Source: Candidatus Saccharimonadota bacterium (GTDB taxonomy: Bacteria > Pseudomonadota > Gammaproteobacteria > Burkholderiales > Burkholderiaceae). Taken from it: 32,000 bases of DNA. The stretch lies in contig CP002161.1 of NCBI GenBank assembly GCA_000147015.1, forward strand, positions 120,001 to 152,000. Direction: 5' to 3'. The notes under the pieces are model-generated. The model had not been told where the DNA came from. It saw only the letters and a program-made list of their open reading frames with translations, and did not search any database. The position numbers and the translations under genes were made by a program. Within the stretch, counting starts at the first letter, position 1. Every line of letters begins with the position of its first letter. Shown here in pieces: positions 1 through 9,206 of the stretch.

Positions 1-74
1 TTTTTTTATTATCTTTATATTTAGATAATAAAATTATTTCATATTTTTTTTTCATATTTTATAATTAAATAAAA

Positions 75-731
75 TTAAAATAAATAAATAATTGATCATT
101 TTTTTTTAATAGCATATTTTCTAAACTTTTTATTAGGATTTGTTATAATTGGATTAGTTACTATAGATAAAAGTGGAATATCATTTTTTGAATCACTATA
201 AAAATAACTTTTTTTAAAATTTAAAAAATTTTTATTTTTTAAAAATAAAAATTTTTTAATATTAATAATTTTAAAAAAACTATAAGTAGGATAATTTATT
301 AATTTATTAATTATTTTTTTATTATTAATTTTGGGCTTAGCTGCTATTAAAAATAAATTTAATACTTTAGAAATAGGTTTTGTTATAAAGTAATTAGTAG
401 CTGTTATTATTAGTATTAAATCTCCATTATTTTTATGATTATTAATTAATTTAATTATTGATTTATTAATATTTATTTTAATAATATTATTAATAAATTT
501 ATTTCTTATATTTTTTATAAAATTAATATCAAATTTTGATAATATTTTAAAAACAAATTTTAAATATTTATAACAATCTAAATTTCCTTTTAAATATTTT
601 TTATATCAATTTTTATTTTTTTTAATATTTTTTTTATTTATAAGTTTTTTTTTTTTTAAAAAAATATTTCATTCATAGTCAGAATCTAATGGTATTAAAG
701 TATTATCTAAATCAAAAATTACTATATTCAT
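75..731 (-). CDS. HAD-IB superfamily phosphatase (SerB-like; candidate phosphoserine or histidinol-phosphate phosphatase)
   Basis: Hand table-4 translation from the ATG at 731-729 gives MNIVIFDLDNTLIPLDSDYEW... (HAD motif I, DxDxT). Near the C-terminus is YSDSKNDIPLL (HAD motif IV). Three in-frame TGA codons are read as Trp, and the first TAA is at 75-77. The gene is absent from the standard-code ORF track. Confidence 0.7.
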
Positions 732-738
732 TTAAAAA

Positions 739-1404
739 TTAAATAAATTTAAATAATTTTAACATAAAACGAGCTGCTATTTGTTCGGCTACCTTTATTT
801 TTTCAGCCATTCCATAAGTTATAATATTTTTTTCTACAAATATACACTTTATTTTAAATATTTGAAAATTTTTTAATTTATAAATTTTATAAATTTCATA
901 TTTTGGTAAAAAATATTTCATTTTTTGTAAATTTTCTTGCAATAAAGTTTTAAAATCTTTTATATTATATTTTATATTAAAATTATTTATATCAAATTTA
1001 TATAACTTATAAATAATATTATTTATAGTATTAAAATCAGAATCAATATAAATAGCACCAAATAAAGCTTCTAAAGTACTAGATAAAATTGAAATTTTTA
1101 AATTACCACTATTTTTTATTTCACTATTTCCTAAAAATAAAAAATTATATAAATTTATTTTTTTTGATATATTATAAAGTTTTTCTCTTCTTACTAAATA
1201 AGATCTAAATTTAGATAAAAATCCTTCACTTTCATTTTTAAATTTATTAAATAATATACTTGTAATACAAGTATTTAATATTGAATCTCCTAAAAATTCA
1301 AGTTTTTCATTATTAATATTACTATAACTACTATGTGTTAAGGCTAAAAATAATAATGATTTATTATTAAAATTATATCTTAATATTTTTTCTAATTTAA
1401 ACAT
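739..1404 (-). CDS. rnc: ribonuclease III
   Basis: 221-aa ORF with the RNase III signature NEKLEFLGDSIL and a C-terminal dsRBD-like tail. It lies directly downstream of lepA, as in proteobacteria. Confidence 0.9.
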   Translation of the reverse strand: MFKLEKILRYNFNNKSLLFLALTHSSYSNINNEKLEFLGDSILNTCITSILFNKFKNESEGFLSKFRSYLVRREKLYNISKKINLYNFLFLGNSEIKNSGNLKISILSSTLEALFGAIYIDSDFNTINNIIYKLYKFDINNFNIKYNIKDFKTLLQENLQKMKYFLPKYEIYKIYKLKNFQIFKIKCIFVEKNIITYGMAEKIKVAEQIAARFMLKLFKFI

Positions 1405-1409
1405 TTTAA

Positions 1410-3194
1410 TTAAAATTTAATTATTTTTAAAAAATTTATAATTATATTTTTATTAATTTTAAAATTATTATATTTTTTTAATTTCATTTTTCCCCTTTTT
1501 TGTTTTTTTAAAAGTTTATTTTTTCTATTAATATCTCCACCATAACATTTAGAAATAACATTTTTCCTATATGATTTAATAGTCTTACTAGATATTATTT
1601 TATTATTAACAGAAATTTGTAAATTTATATTAAACATTTTTTTAGAAAAATATTTTAATAAATTATCTAAAATTTGATTACCTATAATAAAAATTTTTTT
1701 TTTATGAATAAATAAAGATAAATTATTAATTTTTTTTTTATTTAATAAAATATTTAATTTAACAATATTTGATTTTTTATATTTTAAAAATTTATATTTC
1801 ATATAACCATATCCATTAGTAATATTTTTTAAATTATTATAAAAATTATATATTATTTCATTTAAAGGAATTTCATATATAATTTTAACATAATTATTTT
1901 TATAAATTATATTTTTTTGTATACCTCTATTTTTAATACATAATTTAATAATAGAATTTATATATTTTATAGGAGAATAAATTTTTAATTTTACTATATA
2001 TTCTTTAATTTTTAAAATTTCATTTTCATTTATATTATTTGGATTATTTAATATTTTTTTTTTACCATTTTTAAAATATATTTTATAATTTATATTAGGA
2101 AAAGTAATTATAGTTTTTATATTAAATTCTCTATATAATCTTTCTAATATAATATCCATATGTAATATACCTAAAAAACCACAACGATAACCTTTACCAA
2201 AAATTTTAGAAAATTCTTTTTTATATGTTAAAGAGTAATCATTAAGATATAATTTTTTAAAAGATTCTTTAAAATAATTATATTTTTTATTTTTAGGAAA
2301 AATACTTATAAATAATTGAGATAAAGGTTTTTTAAAAGTTTTTAAAAATATATTATTTTTATTTGGATAATTTGTAATAGTATCACCTATATTTATTTTA
2401 TTAATATTTTTATTTCTTATTATTATAAATCCTATTCTACCACATTCTAAATATTTATAATATTTTATTTCAGGTTTAAATATTCCTATCTTTTCTATTT
2501 TACAAACAAAATTATTAGATAAAAAAACTATATTTTTTTTTTCATATAAAATACCATTAAAAATTTTTATTATTAATATTATTCCTAAATAATTATCAAA
2601 ATAAGAATCTATTATTAATGCTTGTAAATAATTATTTATTTTACAAATAGGATTTGGAATATAATTTATAATATATTTTATAATATTTTTAATGCCAAAA
2701 CCATATTTAGAAGAACACTTTAAAATTTTATTATTATAATTTTTAAATTTTTTTTTTATTTTTTTTTTTAAATTATAAATATTTATATTTGGTAAATCTA
2801 TTTTATTTATAACTATTAATATTTTTAAACCTAATTTATAAGCTATATTATAATTTATTACAGTTTGTGATTCTATTCCTTTTAAAGCATCTATTATTAA
2901 CAAAACACCCTCACAAGCATATAAATATCTTTTCAATTCATTATTAAAATCTATATGTCCAGGTGTATCTACTAAATTTAAATTATATTTTTCATTATTA
3001 TATAAATAATTTAAAGAAATACATCTCGATTTTATAGTAATTCCTTTTTCTTTTTCTAATTCCATAGAATCTAATACTTTTATATTTAAACTATTTAAAG
3101 ATAATTTTTTACAAAATTCTATAATACGACTTGATAATGTTGATTTACCATGATCTATATGTGCTATTATTGAAAAATTCCTTATATTTTTCAT
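1410..3194 (-). CDS. lepA: elongation factor 4 (LepA)
   Basis: 594-aa ORF. It has the N-terminal GTPase motifs IRNFSIIAHIDHGKSTL, DTPGH and NKID. Length is typical for LepA. Confidence 0.95.
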   Translation of the reverse strand: MKNIRNFSIIAHIDHGKSTLSSRIIEFCKKLSLNSLNIKVLDSMELEKEKGITIKSRCISLNYLYNNEKYNLNLVDTPGHIDFNNELKRYLYACEGVLLIIDALKGIESQTVINYNIAYKLGLKILIVINKIDLPNINIYNLKKKIKKKFKNYNNKILKCSSKYGFGIKNIIKYIINYIPNPICKINNYLQALIIDSYFDNYLGIILIIKIFNGILYEKKNIVFLSNNFVCKIEKIGIFKPEIKYYKYLECGRIGFIIIRNKNINKINIGDTITNYPNKNNIFLKTFKKPLSQLFISIFPKNKKYNYFKESFKKLYLNDYSLTYKKEFSKIFGKGYRCGFLGILHMDIILERLYREFNIKTIITFPNINYKIYFKNGKKKILNNPNNINENEILKIKEYIVKLKIYSPIKYINSIIKLCIKNRGIQKNIIYKNNYVKIIYEIPLNEIIYNFYNNLKNITNGYGYMKYKFLKYKKSNIVKLNILLNKKKINNLSLFIHKKKIFIIGNQILDNLLKYFSKKMFNINLQISVNNKIISSKTIKSYRKNVISKCYGGDINRKNKLLKKQKRGKMKLKKYNNFKINKNIIINFLKIIKF

Positions 3195-3200
3195 AATATA

Positions 3201-4439
3201 TTATATTTTACTAAATATTATAGAAATATTAGATCCTCCAAAACCAAAAGAATTTTTTAAAATATTTTTTATTTTAATCTTTCTATATTTTATTTTACAA
3301 TAATCTAAATCACATTCAGGATCTTGATTATATATATTATTAGTAGGAGGTATAATTTGATAATGTAAAGATAAAATAGATATTATTGATTCTAAAACTC
3401 CTGATGCACCTAATAAATGTCCAATCGAAGATTTAGAAGCATTAACAATTAATTTATAAGAATAATTTTTAAATATTAATTTAATAATATTAGTTTCATT
3501 TTTGTCTCCTATTTTTGTAGAAGTAGCATGAGCATTTATACATTGTATTTCATTTATATTTTTTTTCGATTTTTTAAGAGAGTTATAAATACAATTAATA
3601 GGACCATATAAATCTGGTTTGATTATATGATTTATACTATTACTAATACCATAACCAGATATTTCTGAATATATTTTAGATTTTCTTTTTAAAGCATTAT
3701 TATAATTTTCTAAAATAATTATACCAGAACCTTCACTTAAAACAAAACCATTTCTATTTTTATCAAAAGGTCTTGAAGCATTTTTAGGATTTTTAAAATT
3801 AGATAAAATATTAGAAGATAAAAAACCTGAAATTCCTAATGGTGTAATAATAGATTCTGATCCACCTGTTATTACTATATCAGCATTATTATTTTTTATC
3901 ATATTATATGCAGTAGAAATACAATAAGTACTAGTAGCACAAGAAGTAGAAATAGACAAATTAGGACCTGTAAAACCATATTTTATAGATAAATAACCAG
4001 AAATTATATTTATAATAGTAGAAGATATAAAAAAGGGATTTATATTTTTTATATTTTTATAAATAATTTTTTTAAATGTTTTTTCTATTATAGATAAATT
4101 TCCTATTCCTGTTCCTATTATAATTCCTATTTTATTTAAATTTTTATATTCATAATTTATTTTAGAATCATTAATGGCTTGTAAACTTGCTGCTATACCA
4201 TAATGTAAAAATTTATCCATTCTAATAGAATCATTTTTATTTAAATATTTATTTATATTAAATGATTTTATTTCTCCAGCAATTTTTATAGGTAAATCTA
4301 AATTATTAAATTTTTTAATTTTATTTATACCAATTTTACCATTTATTAAAGAATTTCACATTTTTTTAATATTATTTCCTATAGGAGATATACATCCAAT
4401 ACCTGTTATAACTACTTTTTTATTAAAATTTTTAAACAT
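3201..4439 (-). CDS. fabF: 3-oxoacyl-ACP synthase II
   Basis: The track ORF 3201-4220 extends upstream in frame through one TGA (Trp) to the ATG at 4439-4437. The added N-terminus is MFKNFNKKVVITGIGCISPIGNNIKKMW..., giving 412 aa. Thiolase-fold motifs are present: SISTSCATS (active-site Cys), NAHATST and GFGGSN. Confidence 0.9.
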
Positions 4440-4647
4440 TTATTTTATTTTTTTTAATAAAAATTATGATATTTTTTATATTTTTAATATTTTCAATATT
4501 ATTAAAATTAAAATTAAATTTTTCTTCTATATTCATTATAAATTCTATTTTATCTAAAGAATCTAATAAAATATTTTTTTTATATAAAGAATTTTTATAA
4601 TTTTTATAAAATATTTTTATAATTTTATTATATATTTTATTTAACAT
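4432..4647 (-). CDS. acpP: acyl carrier protein
   Basis: 71-aa ORF with the phosphopantetheine-attachment motif LDSLDKIEFIMNIEEKF (DSL Ser). It overlaps the fabF start by 8 nt (ATGTTTAA). Confidence 0.85.
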   Translation of the reverse strand: MLNKIYNKIIKIFYKNYKNSLYKKNILLDSLDKIEFIMNIEEKFNFNFNNIENIKNIKNIIIFIKKNKINV

Positions 4648-4649
4648 AA

Positions 4650-4811
4650 TTATATTTTTTTATTTTTATAAAATCTTTTATTAGTTAAATGATGTCTTAA
4701 ATGTAATTCATTACTTTTTTTTGAATATGAAAGATTTATTTTTTTTATAAATTTATGCATATTTTTCATTCTTTTTTTAGAATGACTCTTTTTACTTTTT
4801 TGTACTGCCAT
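4650..4811 (-). CDS. rpmF: 50S ribosomal protein L32
   Basis: The internal Met gives MAVQKSKKSHSKKRMKNMH..., matching the canonical L32 N-terminus MAVQQNK.S.S.R. I chose the start at 4811-4809 over the longer track ORF start at 4847. Confidence 0.85.
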   Translation of the reverse strand: MAVQKSKKSHSKKRMKNMHKFIKKINLSYSKKSNELHLRHHLTNKRFYKNKKI

Positions 4812-4814
4812 TTT

Positions 4815-5168
4815 ATGAAAAAAAAAAATATTATTCTTATATCTCATGGTTCAACTCAAAAAAGTTGAAAAAAAACATTTATAAAAATATTAAAATTAAT
4901 AAAAGATAGAAATAGTAATAATAAAATAAGTATATATTTTATAGAAAGTAATATTAAAAATATTATAAATAAAATAAATGCCAAAAATATTAATATAATA
5001 GTTCCTATATTTTTAGGCTTTGGTTATCATATAAAATATGATATAAAAAACATTATCAATTATTTAAAAAAAAAATATAATAATTTAAAAATTATCTTAA
5101 ATAATAATATTATTTTTAATAAAAAAATAATATTTAGTATCGCAATAAATATTATTAATTTATTTTAA
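4815..5168 (+). CDS. cbiX: CbiX/SirB-type sirohydrochlorin ferrochelatase (small single-domain form)
   Basis: Not in the ORF track because of an in-frame TGA at 4866-4868. Hand translation gives MKKKNIILISHGSTQKSWKKTF...NINIIVPIFLGFGYHIKYDIKNIINYL..., 117 aa, ending at TAA 5166-5168. Both CbiX His motifs are present: HGS near the N-terminus and P-x-F-L-x-x-G-x-H-x-x-x-D-I. Confidence 0.65.
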
Positions 5169-5850
5169 TAAATAATATTAATGGTGAAAAAAAAAAATTC
5201 AAATAATTAATAATATTTATTATTTTTATATAAAATATTCTTTCTTTTTTTAAACTAATATTTTCTATTAAAAATAAAAAATTATTTAAATTATATCCAT
5301 TTAATATTAAATTTTTTAATAATATTTTAATTTTATTTCTAAACATATATTTTACCAAAATAAAATTATTTATAAAATTAAATATATTTTTTATATTTTT
5401 TTTCTTAAAAGTAAATAAAATAATAAAACGAAAAAAAATATTATTAAAAATATTAAAAAATAATGATAAAGATGATAAACCCGAATTTAATCCTGGTATT
5501 ATTAAATAATTAATATTTAAAATTTTTAAAATATTTACTTCACTTTTTATATTACTAAAAATAATAGGATTACCCCCTTTAAATCTTGATATTTTATTAT
5601 ATTTAAAATAATAAAATTTTATAAGATTATTTATATTATTTTGAAATATATTCTTTTTTCCTATTCTTTTTCCTATTGAAATTTTAATAGAATATATACT
5701 AGAATATATATTTTTTTTTGTAATTAAAAAATCAAATAAAATAATATTTGAAAAAATTAAATATTTTAAAGCTTTTAAATTAATAAAATTACTAATACCA
5801 GGACCGGCACCTATAAAATAAATTTTTTTATAAAAAAAATTATTTATCAT
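5155..5850 (-). CDS. cobA: uroporphyrinogen-III C-methyltransferase (SUMT; CysG C-terminal-domain type)
   Basis: 231-aa ORF with the YFIGAGPGISNFINLKALKYLIFSNIILFDFLI and RFKGGNPIIFSNIKSE motifs (GAGPGD...YD and KGGDP.FGR). It has no CysG N-terminal dehydrogenase/chelatase domain. Confidence 0.85.
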   Translation of the reverse strand: MINNFFYKKIYFIGAGPGISNFINLKALKYLIFSNIILFDFLITKKNIYSSIYSIKISIGKRIGKKNIFQNNINNLIKFYYFKYNKISRFKGGNPIIFSNIKSEVNILKILNINYLIIPGLNSGLSSLSLFFNIFNNIFFRFIILFTFKKKNIKNIFNFINNFILVKYMFRNKIKILLKNLILNGYNLNNFLFLIENISLKKERIFYIKIINIINYLNFFFSPLILFIKIN

Positions 5851-7141
5851 TAAACATTATTATTCCAGCACCTACAGTATTATTATTTTTTAAATTTATT
5901 ATAATAAAAGAACCTGTATTTTTTATAAATCTATAATCATCTATTATAATTTTATTTTTAATTTTAACTTCAGAATTAATAATATCATTTAATTTTAAAA
6001 AATTTATATTTTTTTTAATTAAAATTTTTTTAATATCTATGTTTTTTATTATTTTTATATCTAAAATATCATTTTCATTATTTAAAGTTTTTAAAACATA
6101 ATTATTTTTTTTATTATATTTTTTTTTAGATAATCAAAAAATATATGTTTGAAATTTAGATTTTATTTTTGGTTTTTTATTTTTTGTAATTAACATACTA
6201 CTTTTAAAAATGTCTATTTTCTTATTTAACTTTATATTTAAAGAATTTTCATTATTTATTCTATTAAAAAAAAATTTATAATTAAAAATGTTTTTTATTT
6301 TTATATTTTTTTTTTGAGGTATTAAAAAATATTTTTTTTTTTTTATATTACCAGAAATAATTCTGCCCATATATTTTCTGAATATTTTATTTTTATTTTT
6401 ATAATATAAAATATGTTGTATTGATAATCTTAAAGGATATAATTTACTATTAAAATAATTAGTAATTTCAGAATATTCTAATATTTTTATTAATGTTAAA
6501 CCTATAAACCATTTAATAATATTTTTTTTCTTTATTATGTTTTCTCCTAATATAGAATATATTGGAATAATATTAAAATTATTTAAATTTATAGTTTTTG
6601 TAAATATTTTATATTCAAATAATATTTTTTTATATTTTAAAAAATTATTATTAATCAAATCCATTTTATTTATTATTAAAATAATATTTTTAACATTTAA
6701 AATTTTTAATATAATACTATGTCTTTTAGTTTGTTTTAAAATTTTTATTTTATTTTTATTAAAATTTATTTTAAAAATATCTATTATTATAATTCCAGTA
6801 TCAACATTAGAAGAACCTGTTATCATATTTTTAGTATATTCTTCATGTCCAGGAGCGTCTATAATTATAAATCTCTTTTTTATTGTATTAAAATATCTAT
6901 AAGCAATATCTATTGTAATTCCTTGATCTTTTTCTGATTCTAAGCCATCTGTTATAGAAGATAAATTAAAATTATTATTTTTATATTTATTATATTTTAT
7001 ATTTAATATTTTATTTATTTGATCAAAAAAAATATTATTTGTATCTAATAATAATCTACCTATTAAAGTGCTTTTTCCATCGTCTACAGAACCCGAAGCA
7101 ATAAACTTAATTAACTTTTTAAAACTAAATTCACAAAACAT
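5840..7141 (-). CDS. cysN: sulfate adenylyltransferase subunit 1 (GTPase), no APS kinase domain
   Basis: The track ORF 6134-7141 (GSVDDGKSTLIGRLL, DAPGHEEY, NKMD) continues through the TGA at 6134-6136. I checked every codon down to the first TAA at 5840-5842, giving 433 aa. The C-terminal end is ...NTVGAGIIMFNDK. Confidence 0.9.
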
Positions 7142-7146
7142 TGTAA

Positions 7147-8061
7147 TTAAAAATAACCCTCCTTTTTTCTTTTTTCCATTGCAGATTCAGAAATACTATC
7201 ATCAATTCTAGTAAAACCTCTTTCTGTAGATCTTAATATTAAAGTTTCTTTTATAATTTTATACAAAGTATTTGCATTAGAAATAATAGGACAAGTACAA
7301 TTTATATCTCCAACTGTTCTAAATCTTACAGTAATATTTTTTATTATATCTTTATTTTTATTATAATTTTTTTTTTTATAAGATATTAATGAACCATTTT
7401 TTATTATTATTTTTCTTTTATGTGCTAAATATATACTAGGTATGTTAATTTTTTCATAATAAATATATTTTCATATATCTAATTCTGTTCAATTTGATAT
7501 TGGAAATATTCTTATATTTTCTTTTTTTTTTATTTTTGAATTGTATAAATTTCATAATTCAGGTCTTTGTTTTTTTGGATTTCATCTACCCAATTTATCT
7601 CTAAATGAAAATATTCTTTCTTTTGCTCTAGATTTTTCTTCATCTCTTCTAGCACCTCCTAAACAAACATCAAAATTAAATTCTTTTATAGCTTCTAATA
7701 AAGTAATAGATTGTATTTTATTTCTATTTAATATTTCTGATTTTATTAATCCATTTTTTTTTATAGTATCTTCTACATTTCTAATAATAAAATTTTCTTT
7801 TAATTTGTTTTTTATTTTATTTCTAAAAAAAATAACTTCTTTAAAATTAAAACCAGTATCTATATGTAATACTTTAAATGGAATAGAATTAGGTCAAAAA
7901 GATTTTTCCAATATTTTTAATAAAACTATAGAATCTTTTCCTCCTGAAAATAAAAGTACTGGATTATTACATTGAGAAGCAACTTCTCTTATTATATTAA
8001 TTGATTCAGATTCTAAATATTTTATATTTTTTTCATCAGAAGTATCTTTAAATAATTTCAT
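7147..8061 (-). CDS. cysD: sulfate adenylyltransferase subunit 2
   Basis: Hand translation gives [44 protein letters not shown]...RPELWNLYN...FPISNWTELDIWKYIY...MEKKKKEGYF*, 304 aa. Several TGA codons align with Trp residues conserved in CysD. The track shows only an antisense ORF here. Confidence 0.9.
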
Positions 8062-8069
8062 TATTTAAA

Positions 8070-8738
8070 TTAACTATTATTTAATCCGCATTCTTTAATA
8101 AAAGAATTTTCCCATCACCATCTAGATGTTCTAGTATTTTCATAATATTTTGAAATTCTAGTACATGTATAACATCCTATGGAAATAAAATTTTTTTTAT
8201 ATAATATATTAAATAAAATTTTTTTTTTTTTAATATATCTTAAAATTTTTTTAAAAGATAATAAAAATAATGGATTAAATTTTAAAACATTATTTATAAT
8301 ATCAATTTCTATTATATTTATTTTTTCTCTTTTAAAATAATTATATTTTCTTTGTCCAGTAATATAATTATACTTAAAATTTAAAATTTTATTTAAACTT
8401 AAAACTTTTTTAGTATAACAACATTTTTTTCGAATATTATTTTTTTTATAAAAATATTTTAATTCTTTTTTATTAATAAAATTTTTAAATTTTTTTTTAT
8501 TATAAAAAAAATTAATAATTAAGAAATTATATTTTTTTTTTATAATATTTAATAAATTTAAAGTTTCTTTATATATTTTACCAGTATTAAAAATATAAAT
8601 TTTTATAAAAGTATTTTTTTTAAAAAAAATACTAGAAATTAAAATATCTTCAACAGATAAACTAGATATTAATAAAATTTTTTTTAATATTATATTATTT
8701 ATAAATTTTTTAATATTTTTTATAAATTTGAAATTCAT
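8070..8738 (-). CDS. cysH: adenylylsulfate (APS) reductase, thioredoxin-dependent, Fe-S type
   Basis: The track ORF 8115-8738 extends through the TGA at 8115-8117, giving ...TSRWWWENSFIKECGLNNS* with TAA at 8070-8072 (222 aa). The KCCY and SIGCYTCT cysteine motifs are typical of APS-type rather than PAPS-type reductases. The C-terminal ECGL motif is present. Confidence 0.85.
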
Positions 8739-8743
8739 AATTA

Positions 8744-9200
8744 TTAATTTTGTAAATTAAAAGTAAAAATATTAATTTTATATAAAAATTTATAAATATT
8801 AATTTTTTTATTTTTAATATTAAATAAATTTAAAAAGTTTAATTTTTTTATAAAAAATATATTATTAATATTAAAATTTTTATAAATAATTATTTTTATA
8901 TTAAAATTTTTAAATTTATTAGTATAAAAATAATAATATAAATTATCATTATTTATTAATATACCTTTTATTAAATTATAATATTTAAAAACATTTTTAT
9001 TTTTTTTAAATTTTATATAGTTTTTTTTAAAAAATGTTTTTTTTAAAAAAAAAACATTTTTTAAAAAAAATTAAAAAAAACTTAGTATAAAATATTATTT
9101 TTTTTTTTAATATAATATTATTTAATATAATACTATTTTTTTTATTTAAAATTATAAATTTGTTTTTTAAAATATTATTTTTATATAATAAAAAATTCAT
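8744..9200 (-). pseudogene. split ORF between cysI and cysH: a 57-codon ATG ORF (9027-9200) plus a 108-codon ATG-less open frame (8747-9070, stop 8744-8746); possible DUF934-like sulfite-reduction accessory gene
   Basis: I checked both frames codon by codon. They overlap across 9030-9070, which consists only of homopolymer runs. Together they would encode about 150 aa. The position matches the DUF934 gene in betaproteobacterial cysI-DUF934-cysH clusters. Sequence similarity is too degraded to confirm by eye. Confidence 0.35.
9021..9070. repeat. 50-nt inverted repeat made of homopolymer runs (T8 A6 TG T8 | A10 CA T6 A8)
   Basis: The left arm 9021-9044 is the exact reverse complement of 9047-9070, with two extra A at the apex. 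The only G (9036) and the only C (9055) fall at paired positions. Confidence 0.7.
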
Positions 9201-9206
9201 ATTAAT

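Noticed and set aside
1-55. Possible minus-strand gene start (ATG at 55-53, MKKKYEIILLSKYKDNKK..., running off the window)
   Set aside because: Only 18 codons are visible. That is too short to distinguish from chance or to identify, so it is not reported as a feature.
4812-4847. Longer rpmF start (MRYKNNIFFFHK... from the track ORF 4650-4847)
   Set aside because: L32 proteins start MAVQ..K.S.S.R, and the internal Met at 4811 reproduces this exactly. The 12-codon extension would also overlap the cbiX start.
6537-6902. 121-aa plus-strand ORF in the track
   Set aside because: It is antisense to the well-conserved cysN GTPase domain. Its product is a low-complexity Ile/Phe/Leu string typical of the mirror frame of a Lys/Asn-rich gene.
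7541-7975. 144-aa plus-strand ORF (TTG start) in the track
   Set aside because: It is antisense to cysD. The minus-strand table-4 translation matches CysD motifs along its whole length.
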